A DNA stretch of 64,000 nucleotides, from positions 64,446-128,445 of the forward strand of contig CAYQNA010000001.1 of NCBI GenBank assembly GCA_964418775.1, written 5' to 3'. A program made the position numbers and the translations under genes. This DNA is from an uncultured Gammaproteobacteria bacterium. Lineage in GTDB: Bacteria > Patescibacteriota > Patescibacteriia > Magasanikbacterales > UBA922. This document shows, one piece after another, positions 36,616 to 46,898 of this stretch (position 1 is the stretch's first letter; the number at the start of each line of letters is the position of its first letter). The notes beneath the pieces were generated by a model, which saw only the letters and a list, made by a program, of their open reading frames with translations, was not told where the DNA came from and did not search any database.

Positions 36616-39600
36616 ATGCCTCCAGTCTATAAGCGCCAACCTGGTACACAGCCAGAACGCAAGTTTTTTACTCCAATTCGCGACGCCGTGGAAACCCCGG
36701 ATCTGATTGAAGTCCAAAAAATGTCGTACGATTGGTTTGTAAAAGACGGTATCCGCGAATTGTTTGACGAAGTTTCGCCAATCACTGACTTTACGGGTCG
36801 TGATTTGGAGTTGTCGTTCGAAGAATACTACCTCGACGAGGCCAAGTTTGACGAAGCGCACTGCCGCTCCAAGAACATTACCTACGAAGCACCACTCCGC
36901 GTGCAGGTAAAATTGGTTAACAAGCGTACTGGTAAGTCCAATAAACAGGAAATTTATTTGGGCGACGTACCGCTCATGACCAACCGTGGTACATTCATGA
37001 TCAACGGCATTGAGCGCGTGGTCGTGTCCCAGCTTATTCGCAGTCCTGGTGCTTTCTTTACGGCTGACGCAGTTCGCGGTCGCCGTTTTTACGGAGCTAA
37101 AATTATTCCAAACCGCGGTGCTTGGATTGAAGTTGAAACTGACCAGAACAATGTTATCTGGGTAAAAGTTGACCGCAAGCGCAAAGTGGCCGCAACATCA
37201 CTCATGCGTGCCTTTGGCATGTCCAACGACGATGATATTCGTGCCGCGTTCAAAAACGTAAACAACCATCCAAACATTGATTACATTGAAGAAACTTTGA
37301 AAAAGGACGCCTCTTCGAGTGAAGAAGAAGGTTTGATCGAAGTCTACCGCCGCATTCGTCCGGGCGATCTCGCCACCGCAGACAATGCCAAGAGTTTGAT
37401 TCACGCCATGTTCTTTAACTTTGACCGCTACGATTTGGGCAAAGTTGGTGTGTACAAATTCGCCACTAAATTTAATTTGCAATATACCGACGAGCAATTG
37501 GAAAGCAAAGAAACTCGCGTGCTTTCGCTCGAAAAACTGATTCAGGTTTTGTCCGAAGTAATTCGCCTAAACGTGACTCAGGAAATTCCTGATGATATTG
37601 ACCACCTTGGTAACCGCCGCGTGCGCGCCGTAGGTGAACTCGTGCAGAACCGTTTCCGCATTGGTTTGGCTCGCATGGAGCGCATTATCAAGGACCGCAT
37701 GAGTACCATGGACATTGATAGCATTGTGCCAAACAAGCTCATCAACGCCCGCCCAGTAATTAGTGTCATCCGCGAATTCTTTATGAGTTCGCAGTTGTCG
37801 CAATTCATGGACCAGGTTAACCCGCTCGCTGAATTGGAGAACAAGCGCCGCGTGTCGGCTCTTGGACCTGGTGGTTTGTCCCGCGACCGTGCTGGCTTTG
37901 AAGTTCGCGACGTACACAGTACGCACTATGGTCGCATTTGTCCGATTGCCACTCCAGAAGGTCCGAACATTGGTTTGGTTGGCCACTTGTCCATGTTCGC
38001 ACGCATGAACAATTTTGGTTTCCTGGAAACTCCATACCGCCGTGTTATCAAGACCGTTGCCAACACCGCTGAATTTACGACTGGTGAAATTGCCAACGAA
38101 GATGTGGCCGGTGTGGTAAAAACAGGTGAGCACATTACCGCGGACATTGCCAAAAAATTGGCTGCCAAAAAAGATATTACCCAAATTGCAGTTAAGCCAC
38201 GTGTAGGCAGTGAAATTGTGTACCTGAACTCGTTTGAAGAAGAACGCGCGGTGACAACCAACGCCAAAGTGGCAACCGATGAAAAGGGCTATTTTGTACC
38301 AGGCAAGATTCCGGCTCGCGTGCACGGTCAACCAGCGATTGCCGATGTGCAAACCGTTGATTATGTTGATGTAAGTTCGCACCAGATTTTGTCTGTGGCC
38401 ACAAGTTTGATTCCATTCCTCGAACACGACGACGCTACCCGCGCCCTCATGGGTACGAACATGCAGCGCCAAAGTGTGCCATGTATTAAAGCCGACCCAC
38501 CACTCGTTGGTACGGGCGTAGAACGCGCCGCCGCCATGTCGAGTGGATATGTGTACACAGCTGACGACGACGGTGAAATCACCGCTGTTGATGGCAACCA
38601 CATTGAATTGACCAGCAAAAAAGGCAAGGTGTACACGTACCGTTTGCAGAAGTTCATTCGTTCGAATGCTTCCAGTTGTATCAACCAAACACCAACCGTG
38701 AAATTGGGCCAGAAAGTTAAGAAAGGCGACCCAATGTCCGACGGTCCATCGATCAAGAACGCAGAATTAGCGCTTGGTCAGAACGTCCTCGTGGCCTATA
38801 TGGTGTGGGATGGTTTCAACTACGAAGACGCCATTATTTTGTCTGAACGTTTGGTGCAAAAAGACCGCTACACTTCGATCCAGATTGAACATTACACCAC
38901 TGATGTTCGCGAAACTAAGCTTGGGCCAGAAGTGGTTACGAGCGACATTCCAAATGTAAGTGAAGAAAAACTCAAGAATTTGGATTCCGAAGGTATTGTG
39001 CGCATTGGTGCCGAAGTACACTCGGGCGACATTTTGGTAGGTAAGATTACACCAAAAGGTGAAACCGAATTGACTCCAGAAGAGCGCTTACTCCGCGCCA
39101 TCTTTGGTGAAAAAGCTCGCGACGTGCGTGATTCTTCGTTGTACTTGGAACACGGTGAACAGGGTAAGGTAATTGATGTGAAGATTTTCTCGGCCGATGC
39201 CGGCGACAAGTTGCAACCTGGTGTTATCAAACAAGTGCAGGTAACTGTAGCCGACATGCGCAAAGTGCAGGTTGGTGACAAGATGGCCGGTCGCCACGGT
39301 AACAAGGGCGTTATTTCCCGCGTGGTCCCAGTGGCTGACATGCCATTCCTCGAAGACGGTACACCAGTCGACATTATTTTGTCGCCACTCGGTGTTATTT
39401 CTCGTATGAACTTGGGTCAGTTGCTCGAAAACCACTTGGGCTTGGCTGCCAATGCTTTGGGTTACCGCGCCGCCACTCCGGTTTTGAACGGTATTACCGA
39501 AGAACAGATTACTGAAGAGCTCAAAAAAGCCGGCTTGCCAATAGATGGTCAGTCCCAGTTGTACGACGGTCGTACCGGTGAACCATACGACAACAAGACT

Positions 39601-40032
39601 ACGGTGGGTTACAACTATATGCTCAAACTTAACCACATGGTTGAGGACAAGATCCACCAACGCTCGATTGGTCCTTACAGTTTGATTACGCAGCAGCCAC
39701 TTGGTGGTAAGGCGCAATTTGGTGGTCAGCGCTTTGGTGAAATGGAAGTGTGGGCCTTGGAAGCATACGGCGCCGCACACACCCTCCAGGAAATGCTCAC
39801 AATTAAGTCGGACGATGTGCCTGGTCGCGCCAAAGCTTACGAAGCGATTATTAAGGGCGAACCAATTACCAAGATTAACCTACCTGAATCATTCAACGTG
39901 CTCGTGCGCGAACTTAAAGGTCTGGCGCTCGATGTTGAATTGCAGGATAACCGCAGCGAGGCCGAGATTGCCGCGTCAATGCCACCAGCAGAGACATCGG
40001 CTCCTGATGCGTCCGCTGACGCAGCTGAATAA
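36616..40032 (+). CDS. rpoB: RNA polymerase beta subunit
   Basis: INGIERVVVSQL, SQLSQFMDQ, GDKMAGRHGNKG, GGQRFGEME; likely ATG at 36616. Confidence 0.98.
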   Translation: MPPVYKRQPGTQPERKFFTPIRDAVETPDLIEVQKMSYDWFVKDGIRELFDEVSPITDFTGRDLELSFEEYYLDEAKFDEAHCRSKNITYEAPLRVQVKLVNKRTGKSNKQEIYLGDVPLMTNRGTFMINGIERVVVSQLIRSPGAFFTADAVRGRRFYGAKIIPNRGAWIEVETDQNNVIWVKVDRKRKVAATSLMRAFGMSNDDDIRAAFKNVNNHPNIDYIEETLKKDASSSEEEGLIEVYRRIRPGDLATADNAKSLIHAMFFNFDRYDLGKVGVYKFATKFNLQYTDEQLESKETRVLSLEKLIQVLSEVIRLNVTQEIPDDIDHLGNRRVRAVGELVQNRFRIGLARMERIIKDRMSTMDIDSIVPNKLINARPVISVIREFFMSSQLSQFMDQVNPLAELENKRRVSALGPGGLSRDRAGFEVRDVHSTHYGRICPIATPEGPNIGLVGHLSMFARMNNFGFLETPYRRVIKTVANTAEFTTGEIANEDVAGVVKTGEHITADIAKKLAAKKDITQIAVKPRVGSEIVYLNSFEEERAVTTNAKVATDEKGYFVPGKIPARVHGQPAIADVQTVDYVDVSSHQILSVATSLIPFLEHDDATRALMGTNMQRQSVPCIKADPPLVGTGVERAAAMSSGYVYTADDDGEITAVDGNHIELTSKKGKVYTYRLQKFIRSNASSCINQTPTVKLGQKVKKGDPMSDGPSIKNAELALGQNVLVAYMVWDGFNYEDAIILSERLVQKDRYTSIQIEHYTTDVRETKLGPEVVTSDIPNVSEEKLKNLDSEGIVRIGAEVHSGDILVGKITPKGETELTPEERLLRAIFGEKARDVRDSSLYLEHGEQGKVIDVKIFSADAGDKLQPGVIKQVQVTVADMRKVQVGDKMAGRHGNKGVISRVVPVADMPFLEDGTPVDIILSPLGVISRMNLGQLLENHLGLAANALGYRAATPVLNGITEEQITEELKKAGLPIDGQSQLYDGRTGEPYDNKTTVGYNYMLKLNHMVEDKIHQRSIGPYSLITQQPLGGKAQFGGQRFGEMEVWALEAYGAAHTLQEMLTIKSDDVPGRAKAYEAIIKGEPITKINLPESFNVLVRELKGLALDVELQDNRSEAEIAASMPPAETSAPDASADAAE

Positions 40033-40055
40033 TTGGTGATTAACTTCATACCTTT

Positions 40056-43000
40056 ATGAATAACCCCAACCTCTCCAGCGCTTTGCAGTTCGACGCGCTC
40101 CGCCTCAAAGTCGCCTCGCCAGAAGTGATCAAGCAGTGGTCATATGGTGAAGTGTACAAGCCAGAAACCATTAACTACCGTACCCAGAAGCCAGAAAAAG
40201 GTGGTTTGTTTGCCGAAGAAGTATTTGGTCCAACCAAAGACTGGGAATGTTATTGTGGTAAGTACAAAAAGATCCGCTACAAGGGTATTGTCTGTGACAA
40301 GTGTGGTGTAGAAGTTACCCACTCACTGGTGCGCCGCGAACGCATGGGCCACATTGAATTGTCCACACCGGTGTCGCACATTTGGTTCTTGCGCACAATC
40401 CCATCTCGTTTGGGTTTGGTGCTCGACTTGTCGATTCAGGCACTTGAAAAGGTTATTTACTTTGCCTCGTTCATCATTACGCATGTCGATGATGTTGAAA
40501 AAGATGCGACAGCCGAAGCTTTGAAAAAAGAATACAAGAACAAGCGTAAACAGCTTGAAGCTTTGCCAGCTGACCCAGGTCGCGATGCAAAGATTGAGGC
40601 ACTTGATGAAGATTACAACCAGGCCGAAGGCGAACTCAAAGAAATCGCCATGCTCAACATTGTGTCCGAAGCGCGCTACCAAGAATTGTCTGTGCGCTAT
40701 GGTCACTTATTCGAAGCGGGGATTGGTGCCGGTTCAGTGCGCCAACTTTTGGAACGCTTGAATTTAGAAGAAACAATTAAAAATTTGGAAGCCGAAATTG
40801 AAAAGAGTAAGGGTGCAAAGCGTGGTCGCCTCGTGCGCCGCGTTAAACTGCTCACTAGTTTGAGCAAAAACAACATCCGCCCAGAATGGATGATCATGAC
40901 CGCAATTCCAGTGGTTCCACCAGATTTGCGTCCAATGGTTGCACTTGATGGTGGTCGTTTTGCCACTTCGGATTTGAACGATTTGTACCGCCGCGTGATT
41001 AACCGCAACAATCGTTTGCGTCGCCTCATTGAACTCAATGCGCCAGAAGTTATTTGCCGCAATGAAAAACGCATGCTCCAAGAAGCAGTTGATGCGCTCA
41101 TTGATAACAATGCTCGCGCTACCAAAACTGTGCGTGCTTCGACTGGTCAAAAGCGCCAACTCCGCTCACTTGCCGACATTCTCAAGGGTAAACAGGGCCG
41201 CTTCCGCCAGAACTTACTTGGTAAGCGCGTTGACTACTCTGGTCGTTCGGTGATCGTGGTTGGTCCAAAGCTCAGTATCGACCAATGTGGTTTGCCAAAG
41301 ATCATGGCCCTCGAGCTGTTCAAGCCATTTGTGATGGCCGAAATTATTAAGCGTGGCCTCGCTCACAATGTGCGCAGTGCCTCCCGCTTTATCGAGAGCA
41401 ATGCCCCAGAAGTGTGGGATATTTTGGAAAATCTTACCAAAACCACTCGTGTACTCTTGAATCGCGCTCCAACCTTGCACCGTCTTGGTATCCAGGCTTT
41501 CCGCCCAACACTAGTCGAAGGTAAAGCGGTTCGCTTGCACCCACTCGTGTGTGCGGCGTTTAACGCTGACTTTGACGGTGACCAAATGGCTGTCCACCTT
41601 CCATTGTCCGAACAAGCCAAGTGGGAAGCCGAAAACCTCATGGCCTCGGAAAAGAACTTGCTTAAGCCAGCTACTGGTACGCCAGTAATTACGCCGCAGC
41701 AAGACATTGCGCTTGGTTGCTATTATTTGACTAAGTACGATGATACAGATAAGGCTGAGGTGAAAAAATACTTTGCCAATGTAACTGAAGCAAAGTTTGC
41801 GTACAAAACACGCCACATCAAGCTCAAGGAACGCATCAAGGTCCGTTTGGGTGCGGCTGACATGGCCAAGTTCCCAGCTGGCACAAACCCAATTGTTGAG
41901 ACCTGTATTGGTCGTATTTTCTTCAATGAAATTTTCCCAGACCTCATTCCGTTCTACAACGAAACCATTACCAAGAAGCACTTGTCGGCCATTATTCAGT
42001 CGCTCCTTGAACATTATGGTCAGGAACGCACGGCCAAGTCGCTCGATGATATCAAGAACTTGGGTTACCGCTATGTGACCAAGTCTGGTTACTCACTTGG
42101 TAAAAACCAATTCCCAGAAATTCCACAAAAGGCCGAACTCTTGGCCGAAGGTGACAAGCGCATTGAAGAAGTGGAAGAACAGTATGCCGAAGGTTTGCTC
42201 ACTGACGCCGAACGTCACGCCAAAGTGCTCGAAATTTGGACCGAAATTAAAGACCGCTTGTTAACGTTTACCAAAGATGTACTTAACAAGAACGACGCCG
42301 TATTTGCGATGATTGACTCTGGTGCTCGTGGTTCGTGGGCCCAGCTTGGTCAGGTGATTGCGATGAAAGGTCTCGTGGCTTCGCCAAGTGGTGAAATTAT
42401 CGAACTCCCTGTTAAAGGCAACTTTAAGGAAGGGTTCGAAGTGCTCGAGTTCTTTATTTCGTCCCACGGTACTCGTAAAGGTTTGTCCGATACTGCGCTC
42501 CGTACTGCTAACGCTGGTTACTTGACCCGTCGTTTGGTAGACGTGGCTCAGGACGTGATTGTGAAGATTGAAGATTGTGGTGACACGGACGGTGAGCACT
42601 TCAACAAAGCCGAATCCGAACAAATGGGTGAAAAATTATCCGAACGCGTCGCTGGTCGCTTTGTGCTCGCCCCAATTGTGGTTGATGGTAAAACAATTGT
42701 TGAAAAAGGTGATGCAGTAACTGCCGAAGCTGCTCGTCAGATTGAAAAACTCGGCGTGACCGAAGCTCATGTGCGTTCTGTGCTCCAATGTAAGATGGCC
42801 AAGGGTGTATGTATCAAGTGCTACGGCTACGACCTCGCCAACAATATGCCGGTTAAACCAGGTGTGGCTGCCGGTGTAATTGCTGCGCAGTCCATTGGTG
42901 AGCCTGGTACGCAGCTGACCATGCGTACGTTCCACCTTGGTGGTGTGGCTGGTGGCGATATTACCCAAGGTTTGCCTCGTGTTGAAGAATTGTTCGAAGC

Positions 43001-43880
43001 TCGCTTGCCAAAACGCAAAGCCATTTTGGCCGAAACCGCTGGTAAGATCGAGATCGAAGACGCAGACGGCAAAGTAATCACGAGCCCAACAGGCCGCAAG
43101 ATTTTCGAAGGCCGCCGTGGTCAAAAGATTATCAAGATCCACAGTGAAGGCGAGTCCGAAATGACATTCGAAATCAATGCCGAAGACGAAGTGAAAGTTG
43201 CGGATGGCGACAAGATCAAGAAAGACGATGTGCTCTTGGTCCGCGGTTCGTCGGGCGAAGAAATTTTGGCCAAGTACAATGGTTCGGCCGAAATCAAGCG
43301 CGGCAAACTCATCCTTACCTACGAAGGTGACTCAACTAAGGAATACATTATTCCAATGGGTTACAAATTGTGGGTCAAGACTGGTGACGAAGTACAAAAA
43401 GGTGCTCAACTTACCGAAGGTAGTATTGACCTGAACGAGTTGCACGAACTCCAGGGCCGCGACGCTGTGCAGCGTTACGTGCTCACCGAAATTCAGGAAA
43501 TTTACGCCGCTCAGGGTCAACGCTTGAACGACAAGCACGTAGAAATCATGATCAAGCAGATGTTCAGCCGCGTGTATATCGAAGAAGCCGGTGACACTGA
43601 CCTCTTGCCAGGTGAAGTGGCCGAAAAGTCACAGCTCATCATTGCTAACCGCGAGGCCGAAGCTGCTGGCAAACGTCCAGCCAAGGGTCGCGAACTCTTG
43701 CTTGGTATTAGTAAGGTTGCGCTCTCGACCCAAAGCTTCTTGTCGGCTGCATCGTTCCAAGAAACTTCGCGCGTGCTCGTCAACGCGGCCATTACTGGTA
43801 AAGTTGACCACCTCGAAGGCCTCAAGGAAAACGTTATTATCGGCCGCCTCATTCCAGCCGGTACCGGATTCCGCGAGTAA
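40056..43880 (+). CDS. rpoC: RNA polymerase beta' subunit
   Basis: Zinc finger CYCGKYK, catalytic NADFDGDQM, QSIGEPGTQLTMRTFH. Confidence 0.98.
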   Translation: MNNPNLSSALQFDALRLKVASPEVIKQWSYGEVYKPETINYRTQKPEKGGLFAEEVFGPTKDWECYCGKYKKIRYKGIVCDKCGVEVTHSLVRRERMGHIELSTPVSHIWFLRTIPSRLGLVLDLSIQALEKVIYFASFIITHVDDVEKDATAEALKKEYKNKRKQLEALPADPGRDAKIEALDEDYNQAEGELKEIAMLNIVSEARYQELSVRYGHLFEAGIGAGSVRQLLERLNLEETIKNLEAEIEKSKGAKRGRLVRRVKLLTSLSKNNIRPEWMIMTAIPVVPPDLRPMVALDGGRFATSDLNDLYRRVINRNNRLRRLIELNAPEVICRNEKRMLQEAVDALIDNNARATKTVRASTGQKRQLRSLADILKGKQGRFRQNLLGKRVDYSGRSVIVVGPKLSIDQCGLPKIMALELFKPFVMAEIIKRGLAHNVRSASRFIESNAPEVWDILENLTKTTRVLLNRAPTLHRLGIQAFRPTLVEGKAVRLHPLVCAAFNADFDGDQMAVHLPLSEQAKWEAENLMASEKNLLKPATGTPVITPQQDIALGCYYLTKYDDTDKAEVKKYFANVTEAKFAYKTRHIKLKERIKVRLGAADMAKFPAGTNPIVETCIGRIFFNEIFPDLIPFYNETITKKHLSAIIQSLLEHYGQERTAKSLDDIKNLGYRYVTKSGYSLGKNQFPEIPQKAELLAEGDKRIEEVEEQYAEGLLTDAERHAKVLEIWTEIKDRLLTFTKDVLNKNDAVFAMIDSGARGSWAQLGQVIAMKGLVASPSGEIIELPVKGNFKEGFEVLEFFISSHGTRKGLSDTALRTANAGYLTRRLVDVAQDVIVKIEDCGDTDGEHFNKAESEQMGEKLSERVAGRFVLAPIVVDGKTIVEKGDAVTAEAARQIEKLGVTEAHVRSVLQCKMAKGVCIKCYGYDLANNMPVKPGVAAGVIAAQSIGEPGTQLTMRTFHLGGVAGGDITQGLPRVEELFEARLPKRKAILAETAGKIEIEDADGKVITSPTGRKIFEGRRGQKIIKIHSEGESEMTFEINAEDEVKVADGDKIKKDDVLLVRGSSGEEILAKYNGSAEIKRGKLILTYEGDSTKEYIIPMGYKLWVKTGDEVQKGAQLTEGSIDLNELHELQGRDAVQRYVLTEIQEIYAAQGQRLNDKHVEIMIKQMFSRVYIEEAGDTDLLPGEVAEKSQLIIANREAEAAGKRPAKGRELLLGISKVALSTQSFLSAASFQETSRVLVNAAITGKVDHLEGLKENVIIGRLIPAGTGFRE

Positions 43881-43893
43881 GATTGCAAATAGT

Positions 43894-43935
43894 GAAATCA
43901 GGATACTGGCCCCGCTGGTATCCTGATTTTATTTC
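43894..43935 (+). terminator. Terminator after rpoC
   Basis: AAATCAGGATAC/GTATCCTGATTT stem followed by a T-rich tail. Confidence 0.7.
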
Positions 43936-43936
43936 T

Positions 43937-44611
43937 ATGCCATTTTTATTAATCAACAAAGCTGCGGGTTGGACCTCGCTCGATGTGGTTGCGAAATTGC
44001 GCGGCCTGATTCATGTTGAGCGGATTGGTCATGCGGGCACGCTCGACCCATTTGCCACGGGCTTGTTGATTGTGGCCGTGACACGCGATGCCACTAAGCG
44101 ACTCGATGAATTTAAAAATTTAGAAAAAGAGTACGAAGTTGAACTAAAGTTTGGTGCGACCAGTAGCACGTATGATTGTGATGGGGAAATCATCAAAAGC
44201 CCGAATTCACGGCCAATTACGCGCGAAGAACTGGAGCGTGTGCTTGAACACTATCGTGGTTCAATTCAACAAATTCCACCCATGCACTCGGCCAAAAAAA
44301 TTAATGGCCAGCGGCTGTATGAATTGGCATATCAGGGGATTACTGTTGAACGCAAATCACAAACCGTCAACATTTTTAGTTTGGAAATTTTAGATTTCAC
44401 ACCCGAATCCGCGCGCCTCCGTGTTGTCTGCAGCCCCGGCACTTACATCCGTTCACTCGTGCATGACATTGGCCAAGACCTTGGTGTCGGTGCGTACGCT
44501 ACAGCCCTCCACCGCGCCCGCATCGGTTCATACCACTCCAACCAAGCGCACACACTCGACGAAATTGCTGGACACCGTGAGGAGTGGGAGACGCTGGCAG
44601 TTGAGATGTAG
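43937..44611 (+). CDS. truB: tRNA pseudouridine(55) synthase
   Basis: GHAGTLDPFATG, PPMHSAKKING.RLYELA, GTYIRSL. Confidence 0.95.
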   Translation: MPFLLINKAAGWTSLDVVAKLRGLIHVERIGHAGTLDPFATGLLIVAVTRDATKRLDEFKNLEKEYEVELKFGATSSTYDCDGEIIKSPNSRPITREELERVLEHYRGSIQQIPPMHSAKKINGQRLYELAYQGITVERKSQTVNIFSLEILDFTPESARLRVVCSPGTYIRSLVHDIGQDLGVGAYATALHRARIGSYHSNQAHTLDEIAGHREEWETLAVEM

Positions 44612-44637
44612 AAAATTGACGAGTATAATTTAGATAT

Positions 44638-45363
44638 ATGGCTCGACATTCCAAATGGCACAATATTCAGGAGCGCAAGGGGAAGCAAGATAAAAAGCGC
44701 GGCGCGACATTTACGAAGCTGGCGCGATTTATTACGATTGCGGCGCAAAATGGCGGCGATCCAGAAATGAATTTTTCGTTGCGTTTGGCGATTGAAAAAG
44801 CGCGCGCCGCCAACATGCCCAAAGATAATATTGACCGGGCCGTAAAAAAGGGGACTGGCGAACTGGCGGGCGAGGCGCTCGATGAATTAACATACGAAGG
44901 GTTTGCGCCAGGTGGCGTGGCCATGCTAATTGATGTGGTGACTGATAATAAAAATCGGTCAGTTGGTGATGTAAAAATGATTGCCAATAAAAATGGTGGC
45001 TCAATTGGTGGGCCCGGCAGCGTGCAGTGGCAATTTGATCGTCGCGGGGTGGTGCGCGTGAGTGTTGATGAGGCTGCGGCGCATCTGGGTGACAAAGAGA
45101 CAATTGAATTAGCTTTGATTGAAGCCGGAGCCATTGATATTATTTGGGATGAAAATGGTTTGGAGGTTGTGAGTACAATTGAAGATTTAAAAAAAGTAAC
45201 CGCTGCGCTGGGTAACTTCCGTCTTACGCCAAGCGAGTCTGGCCTAGAATGGATTGCGCGCGAAACCATGGAAGTGGACGAGGAAACCGCGAGCAAAGTT
45301 ATGGATTTGATCGACGCGCTCGAGGAACACGATGATGTGCGTGCCGTGTACACTAACTTGTAA
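44638..45363 (+). CDS. yebC: YebC/PmpR family protein
   Basis: HSKWHNI, NMPKDNI.RA, YEG..PGGVA, TDNKNR. Confidence 0.95.
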   Translation: MARHSKWHNIQERKGKQDKKRGATFTKLARFITIAAQNGGDPEMNFSLRLAIEKARAANMPKDNIDRAVKKGTGELAGEALDELTYEGFAPGGVAMLIDVVTDNKNRSVGDVKMIANKNGGSIGGPGSVQWQFDRRGVVRVSVDEAAAHLGDKETIELALIEAGAIDIIWDENGLEVVSTIEDLKKVTAALGNFRLTPSESGLEWIARETMEVDEETASKVMDLIDALEEHDDVRAVYTNL

Positions 45364-45364
45364 C

Positions 45365-45838
45365 ATGAAGCCGCTCCGCGTTATTGGACTTGACCCAGGC
45401 TTTGGTCGCTTGGGGTTTGCAGTGCTCGAACGGCAAGGGCGCGAATGGGTGGCGCTGGAATATGGCGTGGTCGAAACTTCGGCCAAAGACCCGTTTTTGG
45501 AGCGTCTGACTGCCGTATATGATGGAGTGGAAAAATTAGTGAAAGAGTACAAACCAGCCATCGCGGGGGTGGAAGAGCTCTTTTTTGCGCGCAATGTGAC
45601 CACGGCAATCAAGGTTGGGCAGGCCCGCGGGGTGGCCCTGTTGGCCCTGGCCCAGGGTGGGGTTCGGGTCAAGGAATTCACCCCCCAGGAGATCAAGCAA
45701 GCGGTAACCGGTTATGGCAAGGCCGACAAGGCCCAGGTAGCGGCTATGGTGAAAATTTTGCTAAAATTAGGCAATAAAAAGCTCCTCGACGACGCCACCG
45801 ACGCCCTAGCCATTGCCCTGGCCGCGGCCCCAGGTTGA
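45365..45838 (+). CDS. ruvC: Holliday junction resolvase RuvC
   Basis: GLDPG, VEELFF, QARGV, VTGYGKADK, DDATDALAIA. Confidence 0.95.
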   Translation: MKPLRVIGLDPGFGRLGFAVLERQGREWVALEYGVVETSAKDPFLERLTAVYDGVEKLVKEYKPAIAGVEELFFARNVTTAIKVGQARGVALLALAQGGVRVKEFTPQEIKQAVTGYGKADKAQVAAMVKILLKLGNKKLLDDATDALAIALAAAPG

Positions 45839-45946
45839 CAAAACACCCCCTCTCGGGTATACTTATAACGTTATTAATCCTCATTTTCGGGGACCCAGAC
45901 CGTTGGCGCACATGCTCCCAACCGGCCTGATAAACATGTGGCATGT
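45835..45946 (+). promoter_or_regulatory. rpsO promoter and pseudoknot-forming leader
   Basis: TTGACA-17-TATACT; stem CCGTTGG/CCAACCGG whose loop CACATG pairs with CATGTG just before the start codon. Confidence 0.6.
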
Positions 45947-46291
45947 ATGTTATCTAAGCAAAAAAAGCAAAACGTCATTAAGAAGTTCCAGACTCACAAG
46001 GGTGACACTGGTTCGAGCGAAGTTCAGATTGCGATTTTGACTACCGAAATCGACGAACTCGTAGGTCACCTTAAAGTTCACGCCAAAGATCACTCCTCCC
46101 GCCGCGGTTTACTCCGCAAAGTAGGGGAACGCCGCCGCTTGCTCCGTTACTTGCAGCGCGAAAACGCCGCTGCTTACGAAGAGCTCGTAAAGAAGCTTAA
46201 ACTCAAGCAGGCTAAACAGTTTGGTCCAGTAGTCGAAGATGTCGACACCGAACCAGACATGGAAGAAATTCATGAAGAAACTGAAGCCTAA
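45947..46291 (+). CDS. rpsO: 30S ribosomal protein S15 with acidic C-terminal extension
   Basis: [28 protein letters not shown]. Confidence 0.97.
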   Translation: MLSKQKKQNVIKKFQTHKGDTGSSEVQIAILTTEIDELVGHLKVHAKDHSSRRGLLRKVGERRRLLRYLQRENAAAYEELVKKLKLKQAKQFGPVVEDVDTEPDMEEIHEETEA

Positions 46292-46823
46292 TCATAATCC
46301 TCTTAAACACCCCGACCAACGCGTTGGGGTGTTTATTGATGTTCAGAATTTATACTATTCGGCTCGCAACATTCACGGCCGCAAGGTAAATTTTGGTAAC
46401 ATTGTTAAAGAAGCGGTGGCTGGCCGCAAACTAATTCGCGCCATTGCCTACGTTGTTCGTACCGAGACCCAAGAGGAACAGCCATTTTTTGAAGCCCTGT
46501 ATAACCAGGGGATTGAGACGCGCGAAAAAGATTTGCAAGTATTTTCGAGTGGTCTTAAAAAAGCTGACTGGGATGTAGGTTTGGCGGTTGACGCTATTCG
46601 TTTGGCCCCAAGTCTCGACGCAGTCGTGATTGTCTCTGGCGACGGCGATTATTTGCCGCTCGTTGAATATTTGCAAAAAAGCAGTGGCAAGCAAGTTGAA
46701 GTAGTCGCGTTTGGTGAAGCTACGAGCAGCCGACTGATTGAAGAGGCTGATGATTTCTTAGACCTTAGCGAAAGTCGTGATAAGTTTTTACTCTTTGACC
46801 GACGCGCGCCAAGGGCCAGTTAA
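46272..46823 (+). CDS. NYN domain (LabA/DUF88) protein
   Basis: [27 protein letters not shown]...ADDF. Confidence 0.9.
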   Translation: MKKLKPNHNPLKHPDQRVGVFIDVQNLYYSARNIHGRKVNFGNIVKEAVAGRKLIRAIAYVVRTETQEEQPFFEALYNQGIETREKDLQVFSSGLKKADWDVGLAVDAIRLAPSLDAVVIVSGDGDYLPLVEYLQKSSGKQVEVVAFGEATSSRLIEEADDFLDLSESRDKFLLFDRRAPRAS

Positions 46824-46835
46824 TTAATTTATTCC

Positions 46836-46886
46836 GTTCGTCACAAGACATCTAGGTCCCCCGGGATCTATCGCCTTGTGATGAAC
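46836..46886 (+). promoter_or_regulatory. Long hairpin in the pnp leader (RNase III-site-like)
   Basis: GTTCGTCACAAG/CTTGTGATGAAC stem, internal loop, TAGGTCC/GGATCTA apical stem. Confidence 0.55.
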
Positions 46887-46898
46887 TAACTATATAGT

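Noticed and set aside
36529-43888. Long antisense ORFs inside rpoB/rpoC (e.g. 37567..38688), and similarly in recA, pnp, yebC and miaA
   Set aside because: Shadow frames caused by codon bias of conserved genes; no recognisable motifs
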